Assembly: GCF_009914755.1 (NCBI RefSeq)
Contig: NC_060926.1
DNA length: 64,000 nucleotides
DNA from: the human T2T-CHM13v2.0 reference genome, Homo sapiens
Direction: 5' to 3' (one strand)
Below are positions 24,236 to 38,645 of the stretch, in pieces; the stretch's first letter is position 1; the number at the start of each line of letters is the position of its first letter. The position numbers and the translations under genes are program-made. Below the pieces are notes generated by a model that ran no database searches, was not told where the DNA came from, and saw only the letters and a list, made by a program, of their open reading frames with translations.

Positions 24236-25894
24236 GGGTCACATTTTTAGCAGCTACTTTTAATTTGCTTGACAATCTAATTTGCTTGACAAACTGTGTC
24301 AGGAAAGTCCCTGGGTAGAAATTACTTCGTGCTAGAGAAAATACAGGCCTGTTTTCCAGCACGGGTCTGATGTGCTTATCAAGTTTCTGTTGAGAGCAGG
24401 AAGAGAGGCAATAGGATCAGGGTGGGCCCGACCCAAAGTAATCCTTGGAGGAGAGTCTCAGGGCAGTGTGGCCTTACCCACTCTGCTTTTCTGTTACTGA
24501 GATTGTATGCATTCTTAGTTTCATGCTGGCTCTATAAAGGCATTGCAAAATTGTTCTTAAAACCAGAGGATAAAATTGCTTTGGAGAGCTCTCATTTTGG
24601 TCTCCTGGTGGGTTGTAAGTAAATACATTCTTGGAAACTGAGCAATGAAACTCTGTTGTATCAGGCCAAGAGGACGAGGCAGCAGCAAAACTTATGCTGC
24701 TTTGGGTGCCCAGCCGTCTGTGGTCTACAGGGAGGTGCCATCTTGGGTGCCAACAACTGGGGAATTCACACATCTGGTGCAGAGTAAGGGCTCAGCACGT
24801 GCCTGGTAAAGGAACAGAAAAAGGATTGATACACAGTGCCACACACCACACCCTTCCATTTAAAAACTTAAGTATAATCCACCCTTTTTAGTATACAGTT
24901 CTGAGAATTAAAAAAACAAAAACAAACAAACAAAAACACTGCATAGTTGTATAACCACAATCAGAATAAGGAATTCTTCTGTAGCCCCTAAAGTTCTTCC
25001 AGCTCCCAACAAACACTGATATATTTGATATCCTTATATTTTTGACCTTGCAAAAATGTCATATAAATGGAATTATACAGTATGTAGCCTTCTGGGTCTG
25101 ACATTATTCACTTAGCATAATGCATCTGGCATTCACCCATGTCGTGTGTGTTAGTGGTTTGCTCCTTTTTCATTGTTGTGTAGTGTTCCATTGCATGGTT
25201 GTAGCATAGTTTGTTTATTAATCAGTTGAGGAAACTTTGGGTTGCTTTCAGTTTTGGGTGATTACGGAAAAGTTGCCATAAATGTTCATGTACAGGTGCT
25301 TGTACAGACATAGGTTTTAATTTCCCTTGGGTAAATAGCTAGAAGTGGGATTTCTGGTTGGTATGATATGTTTAACATTGTAAGAAACTGCCATATCATA
25401 TATTCTAAAGCATATAATTTTGCATTTGCATCAGCTGTGTGTAGGAGTTCCATTTGCTCTGCATCCTTGTTAGCACTTGGGATTTTCCGTTAAGCAACAA
25501 CAACAATTAGCTATTCTAACAGGTGTGTAGTGGTATCTAATTATTTTAATTTATACTTCCGTAAGGATGAATGATAATGGGCATATTTTTATGTGCTTAT
25601 TTTCCACTGGTACATCTTGGCTAAAGTGACTGTATAAATCTTTTGCCCATTTGTGGCTGGTTTGTTTTCTTATTCAGATTTGAGAGCTCTTTATGTATTC
25701 TGGATACAAGTCCTTTATCAGCTACATGCATTGCAAATATTTTCCCTCAGTTTTTGGCTTTTTTTTTTGTTCTTTTAACAATGTTTTTCAAAGAATAGAA
25801 GTTCTTAGTTTTGATGAAATTCAATTTATCAAACACTTCTTTTATGAACAGTACTTTTGGTGTCATGTCTCAGAATTCTTTGCCTAATCCCAGG

Positions 25895-26293
25895 TGTATT
25901 AGTCCATTTTCACACTCCTATAAAGACATACCTGAGACCAGATAATTTATAGAGAAAGAAGGTTTAATTCACCCACAGTTCTGCGTGGCTGGGGTGGCCT
26001 CAGGAAACTTACAATCATGGCAGATGACAAAGGAAAGCCAGCATTTTCTTCACAAGGTGCAGGGAGAGACAGAGAGAGAGAGGGGGAGAGAGAGAGAGAG
26101 CGAGCGCAAAGGAGGAACTGCTAAGCACTTATAGAACCATCAAGATCTCATGAGAACTCATTCACTGTCATGAGAACAGTATGGGAGAACCACCCCCATG
26201 ATGCAGTCACCTCCCATCAGGTCCCTTCCTTAATATGTAGGGATTACAATTCGAGATGAGATTTGGGTGGGGACACAAAACCAAACCATATTA
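25895..26293 (-). mobile_element. THE1D-like MaLR solo LTR
   Basis: tgtattagtccattttcacact...gagatttgggtggggacaca...ccaaaccatatta; TSD ccagg at 25890-25894 and 26294-26298. Confidence 0.93.
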
Positions 26294-28011
26294 CCAGGTC
26301 ATGAAGATTTTCTTCTGTGTGTGTGTTTATTTAAAGTTTTATAGTTTATATTTATAATCTATTTTTAGTTAATTTTTATGTAGGGTGTGAAGTTCAAGTC
26401 AACGTTCATTTGCATATGAATGTCCACTCGTTCCAATATTATTTGTTAAAAAAATTATCCTTTCTTCCTCCAATGAATTGTCTTTGCACCATTGTCAATT
26501 TACCATATTTGTGTGGGTCTGTTTCTGAACTCTTCATTTTGTTTCATTGACCCATGTGTTTATTTCTTCACTAATACCATGCTGTCTTGATTATTGTAGT
26601 TTTATAATAGGTTATGAAATTGGGGAGTTTGAGTCTTGAAAGTTTATTTTTTTTTCAAAATTATTCTGGCTATTCTAGTTTCTTTGGCTTTTCATATAAA
26701 TTTTAGAATCAGGTTGTCTGTATTATAAAATATCGGGCTTGGAGTTTTACAGAAATTGCATTAAATCAATAGATAATTTGGGAAGAATTGACATCTTTAC
26801 TACACTGAGTCTTCCAATCCATGAACACTGTATGTCTTTCCATTTATTTAGGGTCTCTTTAACTTATTTCATCAGCATTTTATAGTTTTCAGTCTATAAA
26901 TCCTGTAATTTTTGTTAGATATATTCCCAAATATTTTCTTAGAGTTGTTGTAAATGGTATTATTTTTATTTTTTGTTTTCAGACATATAATTAATTTTAA
27001 AATGTTGACCTTTTATCCTGTGACCTTGCTAAACTCACTTATTATCCTTAGTCCTAAACTCACTATTAGCCTCATTTATAACCCTTAGACCCTACCCCTA
27101 CTTTTTTTTGATTCCTTGGAATTTTCTGTGTGAACACTCATGTTATATATGAAAATGGATAGTTTTGTTTCTTCTTTTTTAATCTGTATACTTTTTCCCT
27201 CAATCATCTTAATATTCTGGCTTTAACTTCTAGTACAATTTTGAATAAGAGTGAAGAGAGTGGACATTTTTACCTTGTTGCCAGTTTTAGGATGAAAGCA
27301 TCCTGTCTTTTACCATTATGTTTGACATTTACTATAGGTTTGTTGTGGATGCCTTTTATTAAGTTGAGGTAGAGCTCTCTTTTATTCCTAGTGAGTTGAG
27401 AGTTTTTGTAATGAAAGGATATTAAATTTTGGCAAATGCCTTTTCTGTATCAATTTATATGATTATGAAGTTTTTCTTTTTTAGATTGTTAATGTGGTAT
27501 ATTATATTGATTGATTGATTTTTGAATGTTGAATCAGACTTGTGCTCCTGGAATAAACCCCACTTGGCCATAATTATTATTCTTTTTGTATATTGTTAGA
27601 TTCAACTTGCTAAAATTTTGCTGTAGATTTTTGCATCTGTGTTTATGAGGGTTACTGGTCTGTTACTTTATTTTCTTGTACTGCTTTTGGCTTTGTAGCT
27701 AAGCTAATGCTGGACTCATAAAATGAGTCAAACTCTATGCTAGAAGAGATTGGTGTTATTTCTTCTTTAAATGTTTGGTAGAATTTTCAGTGAAGCCATC
27801 TGGCCTGGAGATTTCTTTTCCAGGAGGTTTTAAAGTATGAATTTAATTTATTTAATAGTTATAGGACTACACAGGTTATCTGTTTTATTTTAAATGAATT
27901 GATTTATTTTGGTTTTCAAAGAGTTGGTTCATTTCCATTGTCAAATTTTCTTGCATAGAACTGTTTATGGTATTGCTTTATTACATACATATATATATAT
28001 ATAGATATGTA

Positions 28012-28309
28012 TTTTTTTTTTTTTTTGGAGACAGAATCTTGCTGTGTCCCCCACGCTGGAGTGCAGTGGCATGATCTCAGCTCACTGCAATCTCTGCCTT
28101 CTGGGTTCAAGTGATTCTCATGCCTCAGCCTCCTGAGTAGCTGGGATTACAGGTGCCTGCCATCACGCTCAGCTAATTTTTGTATTTTTAGTAGAGACGA
28201 GGTTTCGCCATGTTGGCCAGGCTGGTCTCGAACTCCTGACCTCAGGAGATCCGCCCACCTCGACCTCCCAAAGAGCTGGGATTGCACGTGTGAGCCACTG
28301 TGCCTGACC
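28012..28309 (-). mobile_element. AluS with adjacent (TA)n tract
   Basis: Full dimer; gttggccaggctggtctcgaactcctgacctcagg. Confidence 0.95.
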
Positions 28310-28872
28310 ATTGTATTATATTTTTAATTTCTGTGGCATCTGTAGTGATATTCCCTTTTTCAATCCTTATACTAGTAATATGTATCTTTCTTCTCTTTTT
28401 CTTTTTCTTACTAGAGGTGTACTCATTTTTGATCTTTTCAAAAAAGTTAACTCTTATTTTAATAGATTTTTTCTATCATTTTTTCTGTTTTCAATTTCAT
28501 TGTTTTCTGCTCTTATCTTTGTTATTTCTTTCCTTCACATGCTTAGGCTCTATTTTGTTCTTCTTTTTCTAGTTTTTTAAAGTGGAGGCTTAGATGATTA
28601 ATTTGAGGCATTTCTTCCCTTTTAATGTAAGCATACCATACTCTAAGTTACCCATAAGTATTGCTTCAGCTGCATCTGACAAAATTTGAGAATTCAGATC
28701 TGCATTTTCATTCAGTTTAAAAGATTTTCTAATTCACCTTATGACTTCCTCTTTAACCCATGGACTATTCAGATGTGTGGTTTTCAATTTCCAAATGTTT
28801 GAAGATTTTTTTGGTTATCTATTATTGTTTCTGGTTTAATTCCATTATGGTCAGACAGCATTCTATGTATGA

Positions 28873-29202
<330 letters not shown>

Positions 29203-29434
29203 TATATGATTTTAATTCTTTAAAATTTGTTAAAATTCGTTTTATGACTAATACATATGATATGTATTAGTGTATTCGAGGAGAATGTATATTCTGTTGC
29301 TATTGGATTAAATGTTCTACTTATAGCAATTAGATCCAATTGGTTAAAGCTATTGTTTAGTTCTCCTATATATTTGATGATTGTCTATGTACTAGTTGTA
29401 TTGATTATTGAGAAAAAAAGACTACTGAAGGTTC

Positions 29435-30012
29435 TGTAAAGGACAGACACTAGGATGGTACCCAATGATCCCTGTGTACTGTTCACCCTCTCATATAATT
29501 CTCTCCCCTTGAGTATGAGTGGGACCTGTGATTTACTTCTAACCACTAGGATATGGCAAAGGTGACAGATGTAACTTCCGAGATTATGTTACATTATATG
29601 AGTCCATCTTCCAAGAAGATGTGCTCCAGGAATTTCATTTGCTGACCTTGAAGGAGTAAATAGTTGTGTTGAGAGGCCCATGGGGCCGGAAACAGGGTAG
29701 TTTCTAGGAGTTGAGGGAAGTATCCACCCGACAAGCAGCAAGAGTCTGGGGCTCCCAGCCCTATAGCCATAGGGAAATGATTTCTGCCAAAAACCTGAGG
29801 GAGCTTAATAGCAGAAGCTTTCATAGTCAAATTTCCAGATGAGAAATCAGCCCTGGCCCACACCTTGATTGCAGCCTTATAAGACCCTAAGCAGAAGATC
29901 CAGATAAGTTGTACCCAGACCCCACCCACAGAAGCTGTGCAATGATTGATGTGCTGTGTTTTCAGCCTGTGAATTTGTGATAATTTGTTACGCAGGAGTA
30001 GAAGCCAATATG
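29435..30012 (+). mobile_element. MLT1E-like MaLR LTR
   Basis: ccccttgagtatgagtgggacctgtga...ccagatgagaaatcagccctggcccacaccttgattgcagcctt...gtgataatttgttacgcag. Confidence 0.88.
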
Positions 30013-30216
30013 ACTTCAACTTTAATTGTGGATTTGTTTCTTTTTTTAGTTCTGTCGGTTTTTGCTTCATGTATTCTGAAGCTCTGTTGTTAGGAGCTTA
30101 TTCACTTAGGATAGTTACGTCTTCTTGATGAATTGGACCTTTTATCATTATGTAATGTGTCTCTTTATTTATGATAATTTTCTGTGCTCTGAAGTATGTT
30201 TTGATGATATAGGCAT

Positions 30217-30529
<313 letters not shown>

Positions 30530-31129
30530 CCAACTTTCTTTTTATTAGTTTTTGCATGAAATGTCTTTTTCTATTGTTCTACTTTTAACTTACCTATCTC
30601 ATTATATTTGAAGTCAGTTTGCTAATTCCTAACTAAGACCATTTACATTTAATGTAATTATTGATATGTTTGGATTTAGCTCTACCATTTGATTTGTTTT
30701 CTGTTTGTTACCTCTATTTTCTGTTCCTTTGTATGCCCTTTCCTGACTTCTTTGGCTTAATTGAATACTTTTTAATATTCCAAAATATAAATAAATAAGT
30801 TTATTTATTTTAGTGCTTGTTCTAGGGATTACAATATATATATATCCTTAGCTTTTCACATTTAAGATTTACTCTGTAAAGTAATTCTGATTACTTTATA
30901 TTGACTACGGATTAGGTTGATTACTTAGAATTAATGTTTACTATGTTTTACAATCAAGTAAAATCATCAATCTTACCACCATATAACTCCGTTTATACTC
31001 CTTTTGTGTTACAATAGTGCTATGTATTGCATCTACTTACATTGAAAATCCATCAGATAATACTATAATTTTTATTTCAACCTTCGAACATATTTTTAAA
31101 ACTCAAGAGGGAAAAATAGCCTACTATAT

Positions 31130-31500
31130 TGATATGGTTTGGCTGTGTCCCACCCAAATCTCATCTTGAATTCCCATGTGTTGTGCGAGGGACCTGGTGG
31201 GAGGTAATTGAATCATGGGGGCAGGTCTTCCCTGTGTTGTTCTCGAGCTAGTGAATCTCGTGATCTTGTGATAGATCTCATGAGATCTGATGGTTTTGAA
31301 AAATGGGAGTCTCCCTGCAAAACCTCTCCCTTTGTCTGCTGGCATCCATGTAAGATGTGACTTGCTCCTCCTTGCCTTCTGCCATGATTGTGAGGCTTTC
31401 CCAGTCACGTGGAACTGTAAGGCCAATTAAACCTCTTTCCTTTGTAAATTGCCCAGTCTTGGGTATGTCTTTATCAGCAGTGTGAAAATGGACTAGTACA
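31130..31500 (+). mobile_element. THE1A-like MaLR solo LTR
   Basis: tgatatggtttggctgtgtcc...ttgaattcccatgtgttgtg...gactagtaca; TSD tatat at 31125-31129 and 31501-31505. Confidence 0.94.
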
Positions 31501-31566
31501 TATATTTACCATTTACCCAGATATTTACTATTTTTCCTTTATTCCTGGTGCTCCAAGTGTACTTCT

Positions 31567-31879
31567 TTTTTTTCTATTTATTTATTTATTTATTTATTTA
31601 TTTATTTTTTGAGACAGGGTCAGGCTGGAGTGGTATAATTGCAGCTCACTGCAGCCGGGAACTCCTGGGCTCAAGCAATCTGTGGTCCCACCTAAGCCTC
31701 CCAAATAACTGGGACTACAGGTGTGAGCCACCGTGCCCAATTAATTTTTTTAAAAAATTTTTTGTAGAGACTGGTCTCACTGTGTTGCCCAGTTGGTCTC
31801 AAATTCCTGAACTCAAGCAATCCCCCTGCCTTGGTCTGCCAAACTGCTAGAATTACAGGTGTGAGCCACTGTGCCTGCC
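31567..31879 (-). mobile_element. AluJ with (TTTA)n tail
   Basis: J diagnostics ctcctgggctcaagcaatc; TSD tccaagt(g/t)tacttct at 31552-31566 and 31880-31894. Confidence 0.93.
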
Positions 31880-31981
31880 TCCAAGTTTACTTCTGATATA
31901 ATCTCCCTTCTCTGTGAAGAATTTCCTTCAGTAATTCTTTTAGTGAAGGTCTGTTGGCAACTAATTATCTTAGTTTCCCTT

Positions 31982-32384
31982 TGTCTTAATTTGTTCGGGC
32001 TGCTATAACAAAATACCTGAGACAGGGTAATTTATAAATAACAGAAATTTATTTCTCACAGTTCTGGAGGCTGAGAAGTCCAAGATCAAGGTGCTGGCAG
32101 GTTTGATATCTGATGAGGGCTGCTCTCTGCTTCCAAGATGGTGCTTTTCTTGCTGCATTTTCCAGAAGTGGAGGAATGCTGTGTCCTCATATGGTGGAAG
32201 GGACAGAAGTTGGGAGGCAGCTCTCTGAAGCCTCTTTTATAAGGATACTAATTCCATCTGTGAGGGTGGAGCCCTCATGGCCTTATCACCTCCCAAGGGC
32301 CTCACCTGTTAATACTATCACCACCTTGGGGGTTAAGTTCTAATATATGAGTTTTGGAGAGACATATACATTCAAACAATAACA
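31982..32384 (-). mobile_element. MSTD-like MaLR solo LTR
   Basis: tgtcttaatttgttcgggctgctataacaaaatacc...gagggctgctctctgcttccaagatgg...acattcaaacaataaca. Confidence 0.88.
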
Positions 32385-34377
32385 CCTTTTATCTGAGTAT
32401 CTGAGGATCTACCTATTTCACCTTCATTTTTAAAGGATTTTTTTTTAACTGAATAAGGAAGTCTGACTTGACAGTTCTTTTGGTTTAGGAGTTGAAAAAC
32501 AGTTTGCCAGTCTTGTGGTTTTCTTGGGTTCTGATGAGAAACTTGCAGTCATTTGAATTGTTTTTTCCCTATAACTAATGTATCATTTTTCTTTAGATGC
32601 TTTCACATTTTTTGTGTAAACACACACTTCTAAAATCTAAACAGATTTTAGAAGTTTGTGATGATGTATCTAGATATGAATTATTTGGCTTTGCTGAGCT
32701 TCTTGGATCTGTAGGTTCATATTTTGCCAAATTTAGAAAGTTTTTAACCATTATTTCTTCAAAAAAATTTTCAGAACCACATATTTTTTCCTTCTGAGAC
32801 TTTGATAACACTAATATTTGATCTTTTGCTAAAATTTACCTTTCTTCAATCCACTGACTTTTTTTTTCCTGCCATTTCTATTTTGTTTTTAGCCTATCCT
32901 GTGAGTTCTTTATTTTGGTTATTATATTTTTCTGATATAAAAATTTCCATTTGGTTGTTTTTTCTATCTTGGATTTCTTTGCTGAGACTTTATACCTTTT
33001 CATTTCAGGAGTGTTAACCATTACTTCTTGGAACATTTTTCTAAAGTCTGTTTCAGATAATTCCAACATCTGTGTCATCTGGTGTTGGCATCTGTTGTTT
33101 GTCTTTTTCCATACTAATTGAGATTTTCCTGGTTCTGTAACTGCTGAGCAATTTTGGATTATGTCCTGAATGTTTTGAATATTATAAAACTCTGGGTCTT
33201 ATTTAAATCCTATAAGTTGACAATTTTGTTTTAATAGGCCAACAACCTGGTTGGGTTTAGGCTGCGAGTGCTGACCAGTCCTCTGAGGAATGTGGTTTCA
33301 ATTTTGGGTTCATTTTAAAAGCATTTATAATGCTATTCATATCTGTTGCACACATGTGCTCCTCAATGGCCAGTTGGGTATGCAGGTGGCGGCCTCTTAG
33401 TGTAGTTCTCAAGTCTTTGGTTTGCTGTTGAAGATCAGATCCACGCATGTGCCGCTCGAGTGTGGGCCATCTAGAGCATTTCTTCTCTGTGATCTTTCTG
33501 GTGCATTCTGGTTCCTGGGGCTTCTCCTTTTTCATCCTCTGGCCAGAAAGCTGTAGCTTTAGTTACTCTGCTCTGCTATGGTTGCCCCTGCTCCTGGGGA
33601 CAAGCAGTGGAAAAACACTGAGATTAAAAAAAAAAAAAAACAAGGGGGATTTGTCCATGCTCCTCTGAGCAGAGAGACTTTCCCCTCTTTGAGAGTTTAG
33701 GTGGTTGTGGAATCCTCGTGCCACATCTTTCACAGCCTCTGCTGCCATGAGATTCCCCTGAGGCTAGGACGTAAGAGAATGGAGAATGAAAAAAGAAAAA
33801 AAAAAGGAAAAGAAAAGTGTGGGATTTCCCCCACTCTCTCTGAGAATTAGGGGACCTTTTTCCAGTGTGTCAAACCAGAACTAGAGGGCTTTGCCTGTGC
33901 TGTTTCTGTCCGTGTCCTGACACCCCCTTCTGGATTTTGGGCTTCCTTGGGTACAGGCCAGGGGAAACTGGAGGTAAAATAGGAAACTTACCATCAATCT
34001 GACAGTATAATACTTTGAATTCTGGTATTCTTAATTTACCTGCTGTGATTTACTTTTTATAGTTCTCAAATAACTGCTCCAGGCATTCTTTCCAAGTTTT
34101 ATAAATTTCATTCAATGGAAGAGACTTGACATAGTGTGTTCACTGTACCTTACTCTGAACTGGAATGGGAGCCCTTGGTTCTTAGCACACTTATTGCACC
34201 ATTTCAGATACATATGAATTAAATGTATGCATGTATATGATGAAGAAAGCTTTGTTTATGATATGGAGAGACCCTCATGACATGTTGATAAATGAAACGA
34301 GGTAGGTCGCAAGGCACCTTGTATGGTATATTCTTGTTTATGTATAATTGTATATATTCATATATAGAAAACTTGGA

Positions 34378-36622
34378 TATTTGGTTTACGTTTGCTGCTG
34401 CAAGTCACAAAATACCTAATCAAAAGTGCCTTGAACATTAAGAGAGGTTTATTATGTTGCATGGCAGGAAGTCAGAGCACGGTTGGTTCGAGGGTTGGCT
34501 AGTTTTCCAGCTTAAGAATGTCAGGGCTCTTAGTTTCCCACTGAGACATTCTTTGGACTTTCTTTAAAGGGTGTAAGTTGGCTGCAACTCCTTCAGGCTT
34601 CCTTTCATTACATGGCAATGTCCAAAGTCAGGAAGAACCATCTCTTCTTGTGTTTCTCTTTTATTAAGAAGGAAAACTTCTTCTTAAAGCCCCTAGCAGA
34701 CTTCCGTTATGTTAATTAACCAGGGTTGAATCTGATGCCTGAGCCTTACCAGTCTCTAGAACTAATTATGGAACTACCAGGGTGAATAATACTAGCTCGC
34801 ATTTATACCCTGAGGCTGGAAAGGGAACTCTGAAATCCTTTGGACTCCTGATGCTCAAACAAAATCATATTCATCCTCACAAGAAAGAAGAGAAGGAAAT
34901 TAAGAAAGACATAAGTAAATGGAAATATAGCTTGTGTTCATAAATTAGAAGACTTAAGGATATTAAAATGTCCACACAACCCAAAACAATCTAGAGATTC
35001 ACTGCAACCCCTATCAAAATCCCAATGGCATTTTTTACAAAAATAGAAAAAATCCCCAAATTTATATGAAACAACAAAGGACATTGAATAGCCAAAACAA
35101 TTTTGAGAAAAAAGAACAAAGCTAGAGGGCTCATACCTCCTGATTTCAAAACATACTATAAAGTTACTGTAATCAAAACAATATGATACTGGCATAAAGC
35201 CAGACGTGTAAACCTATAGAACAGAATAGAGAACCCAGAAATAAACCTATTCCTATACAGTCACTTGATCTTTGACAAGGGTGCCAAGAGGACACAATGG
35301 GGGAAAGGGTAGTCTCTTCAACAAATGGTGTTGGGAAAACTGGGTATCCACATGCCAGAGAATGAAATTGCACCTTTATCTTACACCATACACAAAAGTC
35401 AACTCAATATAGATTAAAGACTTAAGATGTAAGAGCTGAAACTGTAAAACTCCTAGAAGGAAACATAGGGAAAAATCTTGACATTGGTCTTGGCAATAAT
35501 TTCTTAGATATGACACCAAAATCAACAAAAGCAAAAATAGACAAGTGAGACTAGATCGAACTAAAAAGCTTTTGTACAGCAAAGAGAACAATCAGAGTGA
35601 AAAGTCTGCCTATGGAATGGGAGAAAACATTTGCAAATTATATATCTGATAAGGTATTAATATCCCAAATATACAAGAAACTCCAACAAACCAAGCAAAA
35701 AAATAAATAAATAAATAAATAATGGGCAGAAGGCCCAAATAGATGTTTAACCAAAGAAGTCATACAAATGACCAACCAGCATATGAAAAAATGCTCAACA
35801 TCACTAATCATCAGGGAAATGCAAGTAAAAGCCACAATGAGATACCACCTCAGACCCATTAGGATGGCTATTACCAAAAAAATCACAAAATATAACAAGT
35901 GTTGGTGAGGATGTGAAGAATTTGGATCCCAAGTGTCCTGTATTGATGTAAAATGGTACAGTCACTATGGAAAACAGTATGGAAGCTCCTCAAAAATTAA
36001 AAATAGAATTACCACAGGATCTACCAATTCTATTTCTCAGTATTTATCCAAAACAATTGAAATCAGAATCTTGAAGAGGTATCTGCACTCCCATGTTTGT
36101 TGCAACCTTGCTTACAGTAGCCAAGTTACAGAAACAATTGAAATGTCCATTGATGGGCAAATGGATAAAGAAAATGTGGTGTACAATGGAATATTATCCA
36201 GCCACAAAAAAGAAAGAAATCTTGTTATATGCTGCATGAATGGACCTTGACAACACTGTGCTAAGTGAAAGAAGCCAGTCATAGAAGGACAAATACTGCA
36301 TGGTTCCACTAATATGAATTATCTAGAGTAGTCAAAGTCATCGCAGCAGAATGTAGAATGGTGGTTGCCAGGGGTTGGGGGAACTGGGAAAAGGGGAGTT
36401 GCTGTTCAATGGATATAAAGATTTCGTCGTGCAAGAGGAATAAGTTCCAGAGATCTCCTTTATAATGTTGTGTTTATAGTTAGCAATGCTGTAATGAACA
36501 CTTAAAAATTTGTTAAGAGGGTAGATCTTATGTTTTGTATTTTTTACTCCAATAATAAGTTAGTTTAAAAAGTTAGAAGAGAGGGGTGAATAGGTTGGTA
36601 GGCGGCCAACAGAGTCTTCCAA
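34378..36622 (-). mobile_element. MLT1K-like LTR split by an L1MB
   Basis: gctgcaagtcacaaaatacc...aagttggctgcaac...aagcccctagcagacttcc...aaacaaaatc, resuming with ggttggtaggcggccaacagagtc after 36575. Confidence 0.7.
34897..36574 (+). mobile_element. 5'-truncated L1MB1/2-like element
   Basis: ORF2 3' relic plus 3' UTR aagttccagagatctc...aaaatttgttaagagggtagatct; near-TSD agaagagaagg / agaagagaggg. Confidence 0.92.
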
Positions 36623-36789
36623 GGAGGTGTGTACCAATCCTGACCTACTAACAGTGTTTTCTCTTGGGTGCAGGGTTTTGAGGAAACTTTCACTTTCTTG
36701 GGATTGGTCCTTTCCACCTGATCATATATGATGACAGTAAAATTGGTGTTTCCTATTTGAGAAAAGATAAAAGAGGGTCCTGGCTTTTA

Positions 36790-37062
36790 TTTACTTCTCC
36801 ATGGAGCCTGCCTTGGCTCCCAGGCCCTCTCTGATCCTTTCCTTCTCTGAAGACTGGATGTTTCAAGGGCAGTGTCATGCAATTTACGATTTCAGTCTAA
36901 TACTTATTGTTTTGTTGGCTGCTATGTCTTGTGTATTCATTTATCTTCTACCCCCAACTGAGTTGTAAACTCTTTGATATCAGATACATTTCTTCTTGAT
37001 CTCCAGGGGATCCAGGGCTGAGAACCTGGGTGGAACACAATAAATACCCATTAAATGATTTA
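36790..37062 (+). mobile_element. L2 3' end
   Basis: tgtaaactctttga...cctgggtggaacacaataaatacccattaaatg. Confidence 0.55.
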
Positions 37063-37499
37063 TGGTGTGGCCTATTTCTGGGCCAGCCCTGGGAATAGGG
37101 GGTAAGGCATGGTCATTTGCTATCAATCAGTTTCTGAAAATATACTATCATTTTTTTGCTTGGATCCCTGATGATAAGACACAAGTCAAAGAACCAAAAT
37201 TTTACCAGGTGATAGGAATTTTTCCAAGTGATAGGAAGCAAATAATTATGTAATCAAGACAAGTCATAGTTGTGCTATTCTATAATGTTCTCATTGAACA
37301 AGTCTGTATCTCAGGAGACTTTTGCATGTTAATAGACCATGGGCTTTGCGAAAACTTCTTTCTGGTGGTCTACAGCGTGTGGATTCAAATCCTTAATGTT
37401 TTAGTTACCTGAAGAATTCTAAGTTTTCCAATAATACGCTTTAAAGAAAAATAATGCCTCAAATGAGTGTTGTGTAGTTAAGCATATTTACTTAACATG

Positions 37500-37715
37500 A
37501 TGCTTTTTACCTTTCAAAGTCTTTTCACCTACATGACAAAATGTTCCAAGTGAAAAGGACTTTTGACAGCATGACTCCAATCCCTTTAGATACTAGAGAA
37601 ACTGAGGCCCAAACAAGGGAAGTGCTTTTCCAGGATACACAGTTAATTATTGGCAGTACTGGACTAGAATCTGGAAGGAATGCCTCTGACCTTTACCACT
37701 TTGTCAGGCTGCTTT
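37500..37715 (-). mobile_element. MIR SINE
   Basis: gagaaactgaggcccaaacaagggaagtgcttttccaggatacacagttaatt. Confidence 0.72.
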
Positions 37716-38294
37716 GAACATCTTGTTTCCTGGAAGGGTTATTGCTATTTTGATTATTTAGTAGAGTTGTCAGGGGAAGCCAACTAATTAAGCAAGATGT
37801 GAAATGTTAGGATTAACCTGTATGTTTCACTGAGAATGAGTGTACTAGACACTTTCTGGAGGAGATGCTAGACAAAGAGTTTGAGGTGGTGGGAACTTGA
37901 ATTCAAGACACCAGAGGGACACACCTAGAGGGTAAAGGCCCTGGTAAGGAGGATGGATGGACAAAACCTGGAGGAGAAAATAGCACCTCTGCCACAATTG
38001 TACTACATGAACCAGATGTTGGAGGTGGGTATCTTCCCGTGTATTATCCAGATAAGATGGGCTTCATCTTCCGTCTTATGTCATGTGGGAAGTCAAATGC
38101 CTTCACCAAGGTTTTTGTAAATTCCTGTTTATACTCATTTCTAGTTACTTCTGGCTAGGTTCTGTCTTTGCCAAATTATCACTTTATGCTGTGCTTTTTG
38201 AAACTGCCTCATTATTCTGCCCTGGGATTGACCCAAATGTGAGAAACAGACCTGCCTAATTTATTCCCTTCTAGGAAAGAAAACTCTCCAAGAT

Positions 38295-38645
38295 TACTGA
38301 AATGTCATGAAATGAGAAGGTTGGATGTTATATGTCTCCCTGTGGAAGTTTCCAACACCACTTATGAAGTAGTCTTGCCAAAAGAAATCAAACCAGAATC
38401 CAATCAACCCTTTCAATGGTTGGTGGATTTTTTCTGGCAAGACTACTTTATAAGTGGTGCTGAGTACTCCCATCAAGAAGGATTTGCTTCAGAATTGTCT
38501 AGTGAGGAAAAAAATGGGCGGGTGCAGCGATGAAGCAAGATTGACCATGGGTTGCTAAGTGCTGAGGCTGGGTGATGGGTACATGGGGCTTCACTGTGCT
38601 ATTTTCTCTCTTATACATTTGAAAAATCCATAATTAGTAATTTGA
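38295..38645 (+). mobile_element. L1ME 3' UTR fragment containing an inverted duplication
   Basis: caccacttatgaagtagtcttgccaaaa and gctgggtgatgggtacatggggcttca...ttgaaaaatccataat resemble L1ME2/3 3' UTR. Confidence 0.7.
38343..38472. repeat. Long inverted repeat (fold-back hairpin)
   Basis: 38353-38380 versus reverse complement of 38435-38462 match at 26 of 28; inner caacc/ggttg stem. Confidence 0.92.

Noticed and set aside
24261-24292. Short tandem duplication taatttgcttgacaa x2 (similar ones near 16440, 27030, 37205, 55510)
   Set aside because: Ordinary slippage micro-duplications with no further structure
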